NCBI RefSeq assembly: GCF_006345805.1
Contig: NW_021832683.1
Coordinates: forward strand, 1-45,674
Length of the DNA: 45,674 nt
Origin: Octopus sinensis
Lineage: Eukaryota
Reading direction: 5' to 3'
A program made the translations under genes and the position numbers. The notes beneath the pieces are model-generated. The model did not search any database, had not been told where the DNA came from, and worked only from the letters and a program-made list of their open reading frames with translations. This document shows, piece by piece, positions 23,664-37,029 of the stretch; the first letter of the stretch is position 1, and each line of letters opens with the position of its first letter.

Positions 23664-24029
23664 GCTGAAAGGAGAGTACGTATGTTGGTACGTAGAGAGA
23701 GAGAGATTGGGGGAGAGAGAGTGAGAGAAGGCAAGCAAACGTGAAATTAAAAAATGCGACGAAACATGAAGAAGAGAGAGGGTTAGAGAAAAGAGTAAGA
23801 AAAGAATGAGAGAGAGAGAGAAGCATAAGTGAGAAAGAGAAAAGAATAAAATAATAAGAGGAGGACATCCTGCATTTTTCTGTTAATTGATTAATTGACT
23901 GGATAAAAATTAACGGTTTGGAACCTGATAAAGTAGTGTGGGGAGAAGGCAGAGGAGGGAGAAAAAAAGAGAATTTGATCATGTGACTAAAATAAACGTT
24001 ATACAAGTTATTTTTTCTTTATATTATAT

Positions 24030-24395
24030 TGATGATGTAGGCGGAGTCGTTGATGGTGATGGTGGTGATGATGAGTACAGCAGTGGTGGTGGTGGTGGTG
24101 GTGGTGATGGTGGTGATGATGGGTACAGCAGTGGTGGTGGTGGTGGTGGTGATGGTGGTGGTGGTGGTGATGGTGGTGATGATGGGTACAGCAGTGGTGG
24201 TGGTGGTGGTGATGGTGGTGATAGATACAGTGGTGGTGGTGGTGAGGGATACAGTTGCGGTAGTGGTGGTGATGGTGGTTGTGATGGTGATGGTGGTGAT
24301 GATGATGATGCGTGTGGTGTTGGTGGTGGTGATGGTTGTGGTGATGATGGTGGTGGTGGTTGTGGTGGTGGTGGTGGAGGTGGTGGGTTTGGTTG
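24030..24395. repeat. (GGT/GAT)n simple repeat with higher-order unit
   Basis: Repeated gatggtggtgatgatgggtacagcagtggtggtggt units. Confidence 0.85.
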
Positions 24396-24550
24396 ATGTG
24401 GCAGTGTGGAGAAGGGGGATGACGGTGAATGTCCACATGTGAGCATGTATGAGTGTGTATATGTGTGCGTGTATGTGTGTGTGTGCATGTGGGTGCGTGA
24501 ATGTGAGTGTGTATGTGTGTGCGTGGTTCTTTGCGTCAGTGTATGTGTGA

Positions 24551-24602
<52 letters not shown>

Positions 24603-24919
24603 TGTGTCTGTCGTGTGTGTGAGTAAATGTGTACTTGTGTATGTTTGTGTGCATATGTGCATGAAACTATGACTGTGAATCTGTGTATATAAATGTGATT
24701 GTATGTTAGCGTGAGTATATGAATATCTCCGTGCGTGTGAGCGAGCATGGTTTGTGTGTATGTGAGTGTAACTGTATGAGTGTTTGTTTGTGTGTTTGTG
24801 AGCGTGACTGTGACAACATGTACGTGAGTGTGACTTCATGTGCGACTGTGAGTATAATTATGTATGAATAGGTATGCGAGTGTGAATAGGGTCATGCAAG
24901 CGTGACTGTTAGTGTCTGG

Positions 24920-25606
24920 GACCTACAGATTTAAAAAGTAATTTTTTGTAACTAAACACTTTCAAACTTCGGACACTGGTAGAATGTGTGATATAAAACA
25001 TCTTTTATTCTTAGTATTTTTGAGAAAAACTTATATTTACGAAGTTATTTCACGTTAAAGTTGTCCTATTTCGGTAATTTCAATCAATCAATGACGTGTA
25101 TTCAGCTGAATAAAATTACTGCCGTTGTTTGTCAACAACTATCGGCGGTGTATTTTTCGTTTGTCACTGTTATTTATGACATCGTTCGTGCGTTTGTACT
25201 GGATTTAAGGTTTTAGGGTTATGGTTTTAGGGTTAGGGTGTTAGGGTTAGGGTGTTGGGATTATGGTTTTAGGGTTGGGGTTTTAGGGTTTGGGTTAGGG
25301 TTAAGGTTTTAGGGTTAGGGTTATGGTTTTAGGGTTAGGGTTGTCATAAATAATAGTGACAGACGAAATATACACCGCCGGAAGTTCTTGTTGACAAACA
25401 ATAGCAGTAATTTTATTCAGCTGAATACACGTCATTGATTGGTTGAAATTACCGAAATACGAGAACTTTAACGTGAAATAACTTCGTAAATATAAGTTTT
25501 TCTCAAAAATGCTAAGAGTAAAAGATGTTTTATATGACACATTCTACCAGTGTCCGAAGTTTGAAAGTGTTTAGTTATAAAAAATTATTTTTTAAATCTC
25601 TAGGTC
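24920..25606. mobile_element. Fold-back MITE with ~260 bp TIRs and a telomere-like core
   Basis: 24920-25181 is the reverse complement of 25342-25606; degenerate (TTAGGG)n at ~25207-25341. Confidence 0.85.
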
Positions 25607-25838
25607 AAAGGGTAAAGATCCAGTATTTGAGTATGTGTATGTGTGTCTGTGTCACAGTGTGTATGAATGCATATGCGAGTGTGAATACGACTATGTGAGC
25701 ATGAGTGTGAGTGTGTGTATGCGTCTGAGTGAGAGTGAGTGTATGCGTCTGAGTGAGAGTGATTGTACGTGAGCATGTTAGAGTGAGTGTACGAGAGTAA
25801 GAATTAGCGTAACGCTAAGGAAGGGCAATATTTTAGAT

Positions 25839-26127
25839 CAGTGCTTCTCAACCGGGGTCCATACGATCCCTGTTGGTCCATATAAGACTTTTGGAGGTCC
25901 ACACAACACAATAATATTTTAATGTCTCCTAAAAAATTTTTGCTAGGGTTCTTTCTCTAACATTTTACATACTTCAACCTACACAAGTTTATGAGTAAAA
26001 TACAAAACAAAATTTTGAAAGGGGTTTCTATAAAACCAGTTTTTAAATATCTAATAGTTATGAAGATCCACCAGGATAAAATAGTAATCAAAGGGGTTCA
26101 TAGGTCACAAATGGTTGAGAACCCCTG
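25839..26127. mobile_element. hAT (Charlie-like) MITE
   Basis: Termini cagtgcttctcaacc / ggttgagaacccctg; TSD eroded. Confidence 0.75.
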
Positions 26128-26229
26128 CTTGTAATCTAACATAGATTACACCTAAAAAAAAAACGACAGGATAGTCATAATTAGAACGCATTTATAATAA
26201 TTCTTTCTAATATTAGCAAATGGTTAGCA

Positions 26230-26830
26230 ATTCTAAGGAGAGGAGAAGTCAGTCATATGCCCCCCACTCTCACCCCAGTGCTCATCTACTCTGAAAAGAT
26301 GAAAGGCAAAGTCGACCTCGGCGGGATTTGAACCCAGAACGTAAAAATCCGGAAGAAACGCCGCCGAGCATTTTGTTCGGCGTGCTGATGATCTGCCACT
26401 CCGCCGTCTTAAAAGCATTTTTAATAATGAACCTACGCTAGCAGAATAGTTAGCTCACCGGGCAAAATGTTTTGAAGCAGTTCGTCCGTCTTTACATTTT
26501 GAGTTCAAATTCCGCCGAAGTCAAATTGCCTTTAATATTTCGGGTTCAATAAAGTGCCAATTGAGCACTGGGATCGATGTAATCGACTTAACTCCTTCCA
26601 CAAAATGATTGGCCTTGTATCAAAATCAATATAATATGAAGTGTTAAAGGCAGCGAGCTGGTAAAATCGTTAGCACGCTGGGCAGAATGCTTAGCGGCAT
26701 TCCGTCTTTTAACGTTCTGAGTTCAAATTCCGACGAGGTCAACTTTGCCTTTCATCCTTCCGGGGTTGAGAAAATAAGTACCAGTTAAACACCCAAAACT
26801 GCTGGTCTGGAGCCAAAATTTGAAATAATC
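26230..26830. mobile_element. Cluster of three second-family SINEs (one minus, two plus)
   Basis: 26230-26410 minus; 26430-26620 and 26645-26830 plus; shared gagttcaaattcc...gcctttcatcc. Confidence 0.75.
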
Positions 26831-27255
26831 ATAAACTTATTCAGTCAGAGCTTAAACAGGAATCAACAACATCAAGATGTTTGTTTCCATAAATGATTGC
26901 AAATTCAAGCACTCTAAACCGCGCACACACACACACTACAGCAAATGAGCACATCGTCATCATGGCCGCATTGATTCGGCGCGTAAAACAAAGATCCTTA
27001 AGGGAAATCCTTGACTACAATAAGGATGACATTGTTTCAAGAAGTTCATCCCCACCCCCACCTCTACTCATTTATTTTCATTTCGTGTACAGTACATCCG
27101 ATGCTCGCCGCCGAATATCATTTTACGCGGTGTCACGTTAAAAGCCTTCAACATTTTTCAGTTAGTCGCATTTCGCTTTGCTGATGATGGTTAATATAAT
27201 ATGAAACCACTTATGATCTGGAGAAAAGGACATTTACTTATATACGTATGTATAC

Positions 27256-27313
<58 letters not shown>

Positions 27314-28036
27314 TATATATATATACAGGACATAAACACACACGCACATACACGCACATATATGTGTATGCTATATATGTAATGTTCCGAATATTGCGGT
27401 TCCCCTAATACACCGATGCGCGGTAATCGGGATACTTTTGTGCGTAGTTTTGGCAGTGTGTGTGTGTCTATGTATATGTGTGTGTTTGTGTGTGAGTATG
27501 TGTGTGTAGGCATATATATATGCAGAACAAACTTATTGTTGTTCTGGACTGTATGGGTGCATACACACACACATCTGTAGATACGTATGCATGTAATTGT
27601 ACATTCACTTAAGTGCGTGCGGAACAAAGCTGTGTGTCCTTGGCCTACTGTAGACCAATTACATCTCATTAACCATCCTGCCCCACCACCACCACCACCA
27701 CCACCACCGCCGCCGCCGCCGCCGCCACCACCACCACCACCACCACCCCACCACTACCTACTGTATACACAACTTAATCACTCAACTGATCTTAATTGCA
27801 GCAATATAGTATTTGGTGTTCGGTACATGTTCTACTGAGGCCAATCAGCTATGGCCCACACTATCCTCTGTACTATGCACCACTGTACCATGTAACACTA
27901 CAGTATATTCCACAGGACTATATAGCTGTATACCATCGCTTTATATACCTCTCACCTACAAACTGTATGGCATTACGCTATATACTGCTGTACTATATAA
28001 CATGACTATATTATACACTACTGTACTATACACACC

Positions 28037-28109
<73 letters not shown>

Positions 28110-28239
28110 TGTGTGTGTATGTATGTATGTGTGTATGGATGGATGGATGGATGGATGGATATATTAAACAACACTTGAGGCAAGCGCATGGCTGTATCAT
28201 AAGAAGTTTGCTTCCAAACCACTTATTCTTTTCTACTCT

Positions 28240-28582
28240 AGGGATAAGGACCGAAATTTTGGGGTAAGAGGGCTAGTCGATTAGATCGACCCAGTACACA
28301 ACTGGTACTTATTTAATCGACCCCGAAAAGATGAGAGACAAAGTAGACCTCGGCGGAATTTGAACTCAGAATGAAACGGCAGACGTAATACCGCAAAGCA
28401 TATATATATATATATATACGACAAGCATATACATATATACGACAGGCATCTACCAAATCCGCTCACAATGCTTTGGTCGGTCCGAGGCTATAGTAGAAGA
28501 CACTTGCCCAAGGTGCCACGCAGTGGGACTGAACCCGGAACAATGTGGTTCGTAAGCAAGCTACTTACCACACAGCCGCTCC
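28240..28582 (-). mobile_element. Adjacent second-family SINE (28240-28400) and CORE-type SINE head (28437-28582)
   Basis: Matches to both families. Confidence 0.75.
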
Positions 28583-28845
28583 ATACTTCACTTTAAAAAA
28601 ATCAGCACCCCACACCTCATACTGCATAAATACACCATATAGAAGTACAACCAATTTTATTGCACATAAATTTTAACAACGGAAGCTTATAAGGACCTCC
28701 AAGGACCATACGGACCCCTGTTGAGGACCACTACTCTGTAGCTTCTCAGGTTCTCTGGTCTTGCTGCACCGTGTTTATTCCGTTTCGGTGGGTCTCTTCT
28801 GTTTCTTCATTCTTTAGATATTCAATATATCGTATTCAATTCTTT

Positions 28846-29660
28846 ATTGCCCACAAGGGGCTAAACATAGAGGGGACAAACAAGGACAGACAAACGGATT
28901 AAGTCGATTACACCGACCCCAGTGCGTAACTGGTACTTATTTAATCGACCCCGAAAGGATGAAAGGCAAAGTCGACCTCGGCGGAGACGAAATACGGCTA
29001 CGCATTTCGCCCGGCGTGCTAACGTTTCTGCCAAAAATACCTATTTCTTTATTACCCACAAGGGGCTAAACATAGAGGGGACAAACAAGGACAGACAAAC
29101 GGATTAAGTCGATTACACCGACCCCAGTGCGTAACTGGTACTTATTTAATCGACCCCGAAAGGATGAAAGGCAAAGTCGACCTCGGCGGAGACGAAATAC
29201 GGCTACGCATTTCGCCCGGCGTGCTAACGTTTCTGCCAAAAATACCTATTTCTTTATTACCCACAAGGGGCTAAACATAGAGGGGACAAACAAGGACAGA
29301 CAAACAGATTAAGTCGATTACACCGCCCCAGTGCGTAACTGGTACTTATTTAATCGACCCCGAAAGGATGAAAGGCAAAGTCGACCTCGGCGGAGACGAA
29401 ATACGGCTACGCATTTCGCCCGGCGTGCTAACGTTTCTGCCAAAAATACCTATTTCTTTATTACCCACAAGGGGCTAAACATAGAGGGGACAAACAAGGA
29501 CAGACAAACGGATTAAGTCGATTACACCGACCCCAGTGCGTAACTGGTACTTATTTAATCGACCCCGAAAGGATGAAAGGCAAAGTCGACCTCGGCGGAG
29601 ACGAAATACGGCTACGCATTTCGCCCGGCGTGCTAACGTGTCTGCCAGCTCGCCGCCTTT
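28846..29660 (-). repeat. Four head-to-tail copies (205/204/205 bp period) of an internally deleted SINE
   Basis: Identical mini-ORFs start at 28922, 29127, 29331 and 29536; all copies lack the gttctgagttcaaatt segment. Confidence 0.95.
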
Positions 29661-29723
29661 TTCAATATATCTTATTCTTTATTCAGACAAGTGTTTTGTA
29701 CATAAATTACTTCTCGTCTCTTT

Positions 29724-29799
<76 letters not shown>

Positions 29800-29862
29800 A
29801 GCTTCTCTCTGATAATTTTGTCGCAGTCATTTTGCTTACTGTCTCTCCCCGTCTTTCGCGCA

Positions 29863-29893
<31 letters not shown>

Positions 29894-30606
29894 TCGCGCA
29901 TTCGCTCACCCACTATCTCTTTATTATTGTTCAATTTTCTTTGTGTTCACTTCCAAATGCAACCGTCAATTTCTAAGAAATGCACTCACGCACACACACT
30001 ATTCAAATATTGTTTTCAATTTCCAGTAAATGAAAAGACTTTTACTTTCAATTCTCGTGTCGTTTTACGTAAAGTCAGAAACTATGTGAATAATAATAAA
30101 AAAAAAACAACTGCGACGCTATTCGTATCCTTGTCCCCTCCTTCCCCTCCTTCTTCAAATCTAATTCTCGTTCTCGCCTTCTCAACATTCCACTCTCTAT
30201 CTATCTATCCCTCACACGTTTAATCTCACCCATTCCCTTCACTCTCACCCCGCCACTCCTTACCACTCTGCCCGCCACTCTTACATTGCCCCTGTTCTAA
30301 TCCTCATTCTCTGTCTGCCACACATTCTCTCTCTCTCTCCCCTTCTCACTTGCTCACTCGCCTTATGCGCTATCTTTTACGCTTCCTGTTCACTTTCGAT
30401 CTCTCCCGTTTCAATACCGTGACTGTTCTATTATAACTGACATTTATGAGCAAAAAGAAAATTCAGGAACTGTGCACATACACTGGTGTATTCTGATATT
30501 AAATATCACAGCACCTTACAGTGCATAATTCGGCATAATGTAATACATTTTACACACACACACACACATACACATATGCATATACATACGTGGAAGTACA
30601 CACCCG

Positions 30607-30641
<35 letters not shown>

Positions 30642-30642
30642 C

Positions 30643-30682
<40 letters not shown>

Positions 30683-30689
30683 AGTTAAT

Positions 30690-30850
30690 CCAAACAAGAA
30701 AACAAAATGACAACAACGCAAGGACGTGGAACAAATAAAGTATTATTGGACGCTCAGGAAAGAAGGGAAGAAGGAGGGTTTGACGTTTCGAGCGGAGCTC
30801 TTCGTCGGAAACATAGGAGAAGGAAAGATCCCGAGAAGGGAAGACAGAGG
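30690..30850 (-). mobile_element. Minimal-hammerhead repeat family H6 (core point mutant)
   Basis: Minus strand gttt CCGACGA agagctccgctc GAAA cGTC aaac at 30778-30812. Confidence 0.75.
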
Positions 30851-30997
30851 AGAAGGGAAATATATATATATACATATATATATATATCAAGGGAGTCAGA
30901 GAAAGGCAGAATGCCACTTAAATCTGAACACTACTATAGAAATATTCTTTTAAAAAAACTTTTCTTCTAATTTTTCTAAATTTAATTATTTAATCGT

Positions 30998-31039
30998 TAC
31001 AGTTGAAAAGGTCTCAAAATGACCGAAACCGGTACTGAA
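30998..31039 (+). other. Inactivated hammerhead motif
   Basis: cag TTGAAAA ggtc-tcaaaat-gacc GAAA ccg GTA ctg; core differs from CTGAAGA by C>T and G>A. Confidence 0.65.
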
Positions 31040-31087
31040 ATGTTCACTATAAAATTATTTTGCATTTCTATTTTTGACTACTTGTTT

Positions 31088-31139
<52 letters not shown>

Positions 31140-31156
31140 ATACACACACACACACA

Positions 31157-31240
31157 CAGTAAGCCCTCGACTATAGCAGGTGTTACGTTCCAAAACTCCC
31201 GTGAGAGGTAAAAATATGCGAAGCAGAAACAGTACCGAAC
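31157..31240 (+). mobile_element. pogo/Tigger-like terminal remnant
   Basis: cagtaagccctcgactatagcaggtgttacgttcc resembles Tigger-type TIRs; partner end not found. Confidence 0.4.
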
Positions 31241-34062
31241 TGTATATATTTTGAAATTAATTTTATAATTTGTACATATTTATTTTATTATTTTTTATAT
31301 ATCATTCAACCACAGTAGCGGTTGGATATATTCTTAAGTCCATCATTTCGTCAATCGCAGCAGCTTCCAAGCTTCACCATTGATTCAGTTCTTAACTAAA
31401 TTGCAAACTGCTAACAGTTTTAAAAAAGCACCACCTCAGCTATACTTTAGCATAAATTGTTTGAGATTTGGTTCAGTAGAAAAAATGTTACATCAAAATA
31501 TCTGAGGTCTAAAGATGAGCAGTAAGGTACCTGTTCATCTTCAATTAACATAAATTTTTTAATTCTAAAATAAAAGTATACTTTTCTTGGGCTTAAATGA
31601 TAGAAAAATGCATGAGGAATTCAGAATCATTAGTCGCATTGAACAAAAATTAGTAGAAAAAAAGTTATGCGGTGAAATATCATGAAATTTATTGTGAGGA
31701 AGTAAGAAGCAACGCTCCAAGCAATAATGTGAAGATAAGAATATATTTCTAGAATGAATTCTTACATACTAACGCGGCTATTTAGCAGAAACGTTATCAC
31801 GCCGGGCGAAATGCATATCAATGTTTCGTCTGCCTTTTCATTCTGAATTCAAATTATATCGAGGTTGACTTTACCTTTCGTGTATTTTATTTTTAAAAAT
31901 TAAGTATTAAATAAAGTTATTTTTAATATGCTGTTGAATTAGGATGAGTTTAACTTTTATTATTAATTTTCTCTTTCAGCTTTAACTAACTTGATTTCTG
32001 CTTTTTTGCTTTTCCTTTTTAGCTGCTTTCCTTTTCTTTTTAGTTAATTATTTAATCAGGCTAGTTCATTAATGTGTTATATGCTTCAGATATGTGCATC
32101 TAAATTTATTGGGGCAGGAATATAGTCATTTTTGGCTGTGTCTCTATGGGAAGACCTGAAGGCATGTAGTAAGGCTATCCAGACAAGGCACTGGTTAAAA
32201 GCACTTATATTCTAAACTTACTTTTTAAATATCAAAATTAATTAAAAGGAATTTTGCATAAATCCAATCTATATTAATGGGATTTAGGTAATTTTAACTT
32301 GTGTATATCTGATATGCTTTTATAATTACTGTTGTACTGAATAATTATTGATAGATCTAGATTAGCAGCAGTGCTATTATCACCAACTCAAAATCTAGGT
32401 TACTTAAGGTTAGCCTGGTAACTGATGGTTTTGGGGTCTCGTTGTTTGTAACTTTTGGTGAGCCATGGTGCAACCAACAAGATGGTAAAATTCCCTGCCA
32501 TTAATTCAGTGTGGGTGGATAATATCAAATAATTCAATCACAACATATATTTAAATTAAACATGAAAAAATTGAAATATTATTATCACTTACATGGAAAA
32601 ATTGAAATAAATTAATAACAGTAATCCTACTATAGGCACAAGGCCGGAAATCTCGGGAGAAGTGGGTAAGTCGATTACAGCGACCCCAGTGCTCAACTAG
32701 TGCTTATTTTATCGAGCTTGAAAGGATAAAGGGAAAATAACGTCAAGCTCGGCGGATTTTAAACACAATATAAAGCCAGAAGTAATGCCACTAAGCATTT
32801 TCTAGGGCGCACAAACGATTCTGCCAGCTCACTACCACAGTAGACAACACACCATTTTATAGTCCAATATTGTTCACACAAAGGAAACAATACTACATCA
32901 ACAGCCTCCCTTACCCTAGGCTGCATATGAGTGAAATATTATACACCTATAGTACAATATTGCGCTCATATGCACAAAACTACACTTTCACATCTATTGG
33001 ACACATCATAGTATAGTATTATTATTATTTATTTATCCGGTTGGATGACTTGTCTGGACCAATGCGAATCTTCCATCCCAGACGTCCCCATTGAGCGATG
33101 CTTCGTATGTGAACTTCTGAATAACTCTATTATTGGGTTGAATTTGCCAACTTTTTAAGGCCGTCAGCAAAACCTTCTAGAACATTCGATCTAGTTATTT
33201 GGCCAGAAAATTCGTTTACTTAAAATTTTACTGCGTTAACCGTAACAAGTCAGATAATGACTTTTCGAATCAAATCAATATTTGTGTAGCTTTAATACCG
33301 TTATTGATAACTCATTGCCTTTTATGGCAGTATGGTAGGCCGTGTTGCTGATCTAGGAAACCTGATAGTGATAGTTCAAAACTAAAAAGAATCTCGCTAC
33401 ACATATTATGACCACGTGGTGCATTGTGCTGATTTCTATAAATCACGTAGTATTGGGCTCTATAACTCAGAGTAGAACGCCTCTGAATATATATATCTGT
33501 TCGGTGAGAGCTAGCCTGTGGATAAACTATAACAACAACAACAAAAACAACAACAAATCTATATTCGTCGAAACCACACCCATATTTCTTTTATAAAAGA
33601 TGTGCGTAATACGTAATATTATTTCTAAATTCGGTGTGACTGAAAAAAAAGAAGGGGGAGCTACGACTGGAACGTCTATTAGGTGATTGCAAGTGGGGGA
33701 CAGGAGGAGAGAGAGATCACCAGCTCTTAGGTAATTATGTTCAGCTGAGTAGAAATACGTAGCATTAATATAACGCCCTGCGCGACCCAAAAATCGAAAC
33801 AAAGATCTTATGACGTCAAACCACAGCATTTCGTGGTCACTTGCTCGTACGCATAACTTAGCGGTCAATGACCTGAGCATTAAGTCGTACGTGTGGCTTG
33901 GCAGCATATACCATGGTTACACAAACTGTTTTAGGTACATATGTACTTGCGAGCCGACATGAACGCTTACTCTGCTCTCCGACGAAATATCTAAGACAAG
34001 TGGTTCCAAGCGTTTTCAGGTTACCACTCCTTTTGGAACCCAGGCCACATTCCTAGTGCCCT

Positions 34063-34136
34063 CACCCCATTCGTGTAGTGGTTATAACATCTACTTCACA
34101 CGCAGAAGGTCGTGAGTTCGAAACTCGCTGGAACCT
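34063..34136 (+). pseudogene. tRNA-Val(CAC) pseudogene
   Basis: gtgtagtggttataacatctacttCACacgcagaaggtcgtgagttcgaaactcgctggaacc is colinear with eukaryotic tRNA-Val; 5' acceptor strand damaged. Confidence 0.75.
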
Positions 34137-34147
34137 GTTCTTGTCTT

Positions 34148-34520
34148 TCATTTTTAAAGGCGGCGAACTGGCAGAAACGTTAGCACGCCGAGGTCGACTT
34201 TGCCTTTCATCCTTTCGGGGTCGATGAAATAAGTACCAGTTACGCACTGGGGTCGATGTAATCGACTTAATACCTATGTCTGTCCTTGTTTGGCCCCACT
34301 ATGTTTAGCCCCTTGTGGTTAATGAAGAAATATGTATTTCGTCTGCCGCTACGTTCTGAGTTCAAATTCCGCCGAGGTCAACTTTGCCTTTAATCCTTTC
34401 GGGGTCGATAAATTAAGTATCAGTTACGCACTGGGGTCGATGTTATCGACTTAATCCGTTTGTCTGTCCTTGTTTGTCCCCTCTATGTTTAGCCCCTTGT
34501 AGGCAATAAAGAAATAATAA
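34148..34520 (+). mobile_element. Dimeric second-family SINE (first unit internally deleted)
   Basis: ggcggcgaactggcagaaacgttagcacgccg joined directly to aggtcgac; second unit from ~34333. Confidence 0.85.
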
Positions 34521-34781
34521 ACATAGACCACTTTATGCATCAAATTCAAAACAACAGTTCTTCACAAATAAAACTTAACCTAATAAACCCATTATTTTGT
34601 TGTTTTTACATCCATTATTTAATCGCCCCCATTATCGCCCTCATTATCGCTCTCATTATCGCCCTCATTTTTCTACAGCAACCCTTGGATCTTTCCACCG
34701 ACTCCAGCGAGGCAGCATCGCCCACCTTAGGAACCACTGATCTATGATATGACAGTTGGTGGGAGAGAGAGAGAGAGTGAG

Positions 34782-34839
<58 letters not shown>

Positions 34840-35455
34840 TGCCCAGCACTAGGCTGGTGCATATTTTCAGCTGAGTCTAGTGGGGCTGCATGAATGAGTG
34901 TGCCTTTCTCGAAGACATAACAAGCTGCCCGGGCCAAACCTAGAAGCAATGACCCTACATCTACGAGAGCAACGACCTTATTGTTAGGTCATGCAATTAA
35001 TATATATTTGTAAAAAACACTTTCCTTTCAGTTAGCAGTTCATTTGCCTAGACATGCAATATCAATAACAAATACACTTTACGTTTATTTTGTAAAAAAA
35101 ATATAATTAATTATCTACATTTTGATGAATAATATAAAGAACTTTATTTATAATTAGTCACATAATAAAGAAAATTTCAAAGTATGGTACATCTATAAAT
35201 TTTAGTAAGGAAAAAAAAATCCCCCTGGGAAACGATGTATTTTTGTTCTTTATTGAAACGTTTAAGAGCAAGTCGGTCCAAATATATTTTGAAGTGAAAT
35301 TTGCTTACTTTGACATCGTTAATCACGCTTTGAAGTCTCGTGTATTCACTTAGAATCAGAGATACTATAGAAAACAATTAAAACTGGATTAGTGTTATGG
35401 CTTCTATATTATACACACACATTTACATAGATATATACACACTACACATATACAC

Positions 35456-35493
<38 letters not shown>

Positions 35494-35504
35494 TATATAT
35501 ATAT

Positions 35505-35725
35505 TTATACATACACATACGTATGTGTATGAATATATACATACACAGATGTATATGTGTGTACCTATACACACACATTCACATAAATACACACACGCAT
35601 ACACACACACACACTCACATATATATTTATACATACAGACACATATGTGTATGAATATATACATACACAGATGTATATGTGTGCACCTATACACACACAT
35701 TCACATAAATACACAGACACACACA

Positions 35726-35763
<38 letters not shown>

Positions 35764-36160
35764 CATGCACACATGTGTTTGATTATATACATACACAGAT
35801 GTATATGTGTGTACCTATACACACACACATTCACATAAATATACACACACGTATATATATATATATTTATCCATACACATACATATGTGTATGAATATAT
35901 ACATACACAGATGTATATGTGTGTACCTATACACACACATTCACATAAATATACACACACAGATATATATATATTTATACATACACACACATATGTGTAT
36001 GAATATATACATACACAGATGTATATGTGTGTACCTATACACGCACATTCACATAAATAAACACACACACACACACATATATATATTTATATATACACAC
36101 ACATGTGTATGAATATATACATACACAGATGTATATGTGTGTACCTATACACACACACGC
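35505..36160. repeat. Minisatellite of ~110-125 bp built from microsatellite-like sequence
   Basis: About six copies of atgtgtatgaatatatacatacacagatgtatatgtgtgtacctatacac. Confidence 0.85.
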
Positions 36161-36172
36161 ACACAAACACTC

Positions 36173-36212
<40 letters not shown>

Positions 36213-36260
36213 CATACATACCCGATTACACTTAGATGTATCAATATATAAAAATATAAA

Positions 36261-36660
36261 AGGCGGCGAGCTGGCAGGAAAGTTAGCAAGCCGGGCGAAA
36301 TACTTAGCAGTATTTCGTCTGTCGTTACGTTCTGAGTTCAAATTCCGCCGAGGTCGACTTTGCCTTTCATCATTTCGGGGTCGATTAAATAAGTACTAAT
36401 TACGCATTGGGGTCGATATAATCGACTTAATCCGTTTGTCTGTCCTTGTTTATCCTGTGTGTTTTGCCCCTTGTGGGCAGTAAAGAAATAGGTATTTCAT
36501 GTGTCCTCATCTTCTGAGTTCAAATTCCACCGAGGTCGACTTTGGCTTTCATCCTTTCGGGGTCGATAAATTAAGTACTAGTTACGCACTGGGGTCGATC
36601 TAATCGACTGGCCCCCTCCCAAAAATGTCAGGCCTTGTGCCTAGAGTAGAAAAGAATATT
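36261..36660 (+). mobile_element. Dimeric second-family SINE
   Basis: Full head ggcggcgagctggcagg...ttctgagttcaaattcc; second unit from ~36490. Confidence 0.85.
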
Positions 36661-36770
36661 AAAAAATATAAATAAGGCATAGTATATGCAAACATTGATA
36701 AACATACAAATGGGTATATATTATATATATATATTAATATATATATATGTATATATATTTATGTATATAT

Positions 36771-36819
<49 letters not shown>

Positions 36820-36879
36820 TGTACACCACACAAAAATATATATATATGTACACACACGGGCATACAAAAGTATATATAT

Positions 36880-36926
<47 letters not shown>

Positions 36927-37029
36927 ATATATATATATATATATATCACATATATATATTCTATATTCTATATAGATATGTAAAGAAATATATATACACA
37001 CATATACACATACTCGCATAAATGATTCT

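Larger units (their letters stand above)
33997..34739. mobile_element. hAT (Charlie-like) MITE carrying nested insertions
   Basis: Termini caagtggttcc / ggaaccactg; 8 bp TSD atctaaga / atctatga (7/8). Confidence 0.7.

Noticed and set aside
23938-24396. Gly/Asp-rich 152 aa ORF resembling a structural protein
   Set aside because: Embedded in (GGT)n with open frames on both strands, as expected for a stop-poor repeat; no splice or homology support
25207-25341. True telomere or chromosome fusion scar
   Set aside because: Short, degenerate, single orientation and enclosed by transposon-like inverted arms
28846-29660. CRISPR-like or multi-gene array of identical 61 aa ORFs
   Set aside because: No unique spacers; units are whole SINE copies in a eukaryotic context
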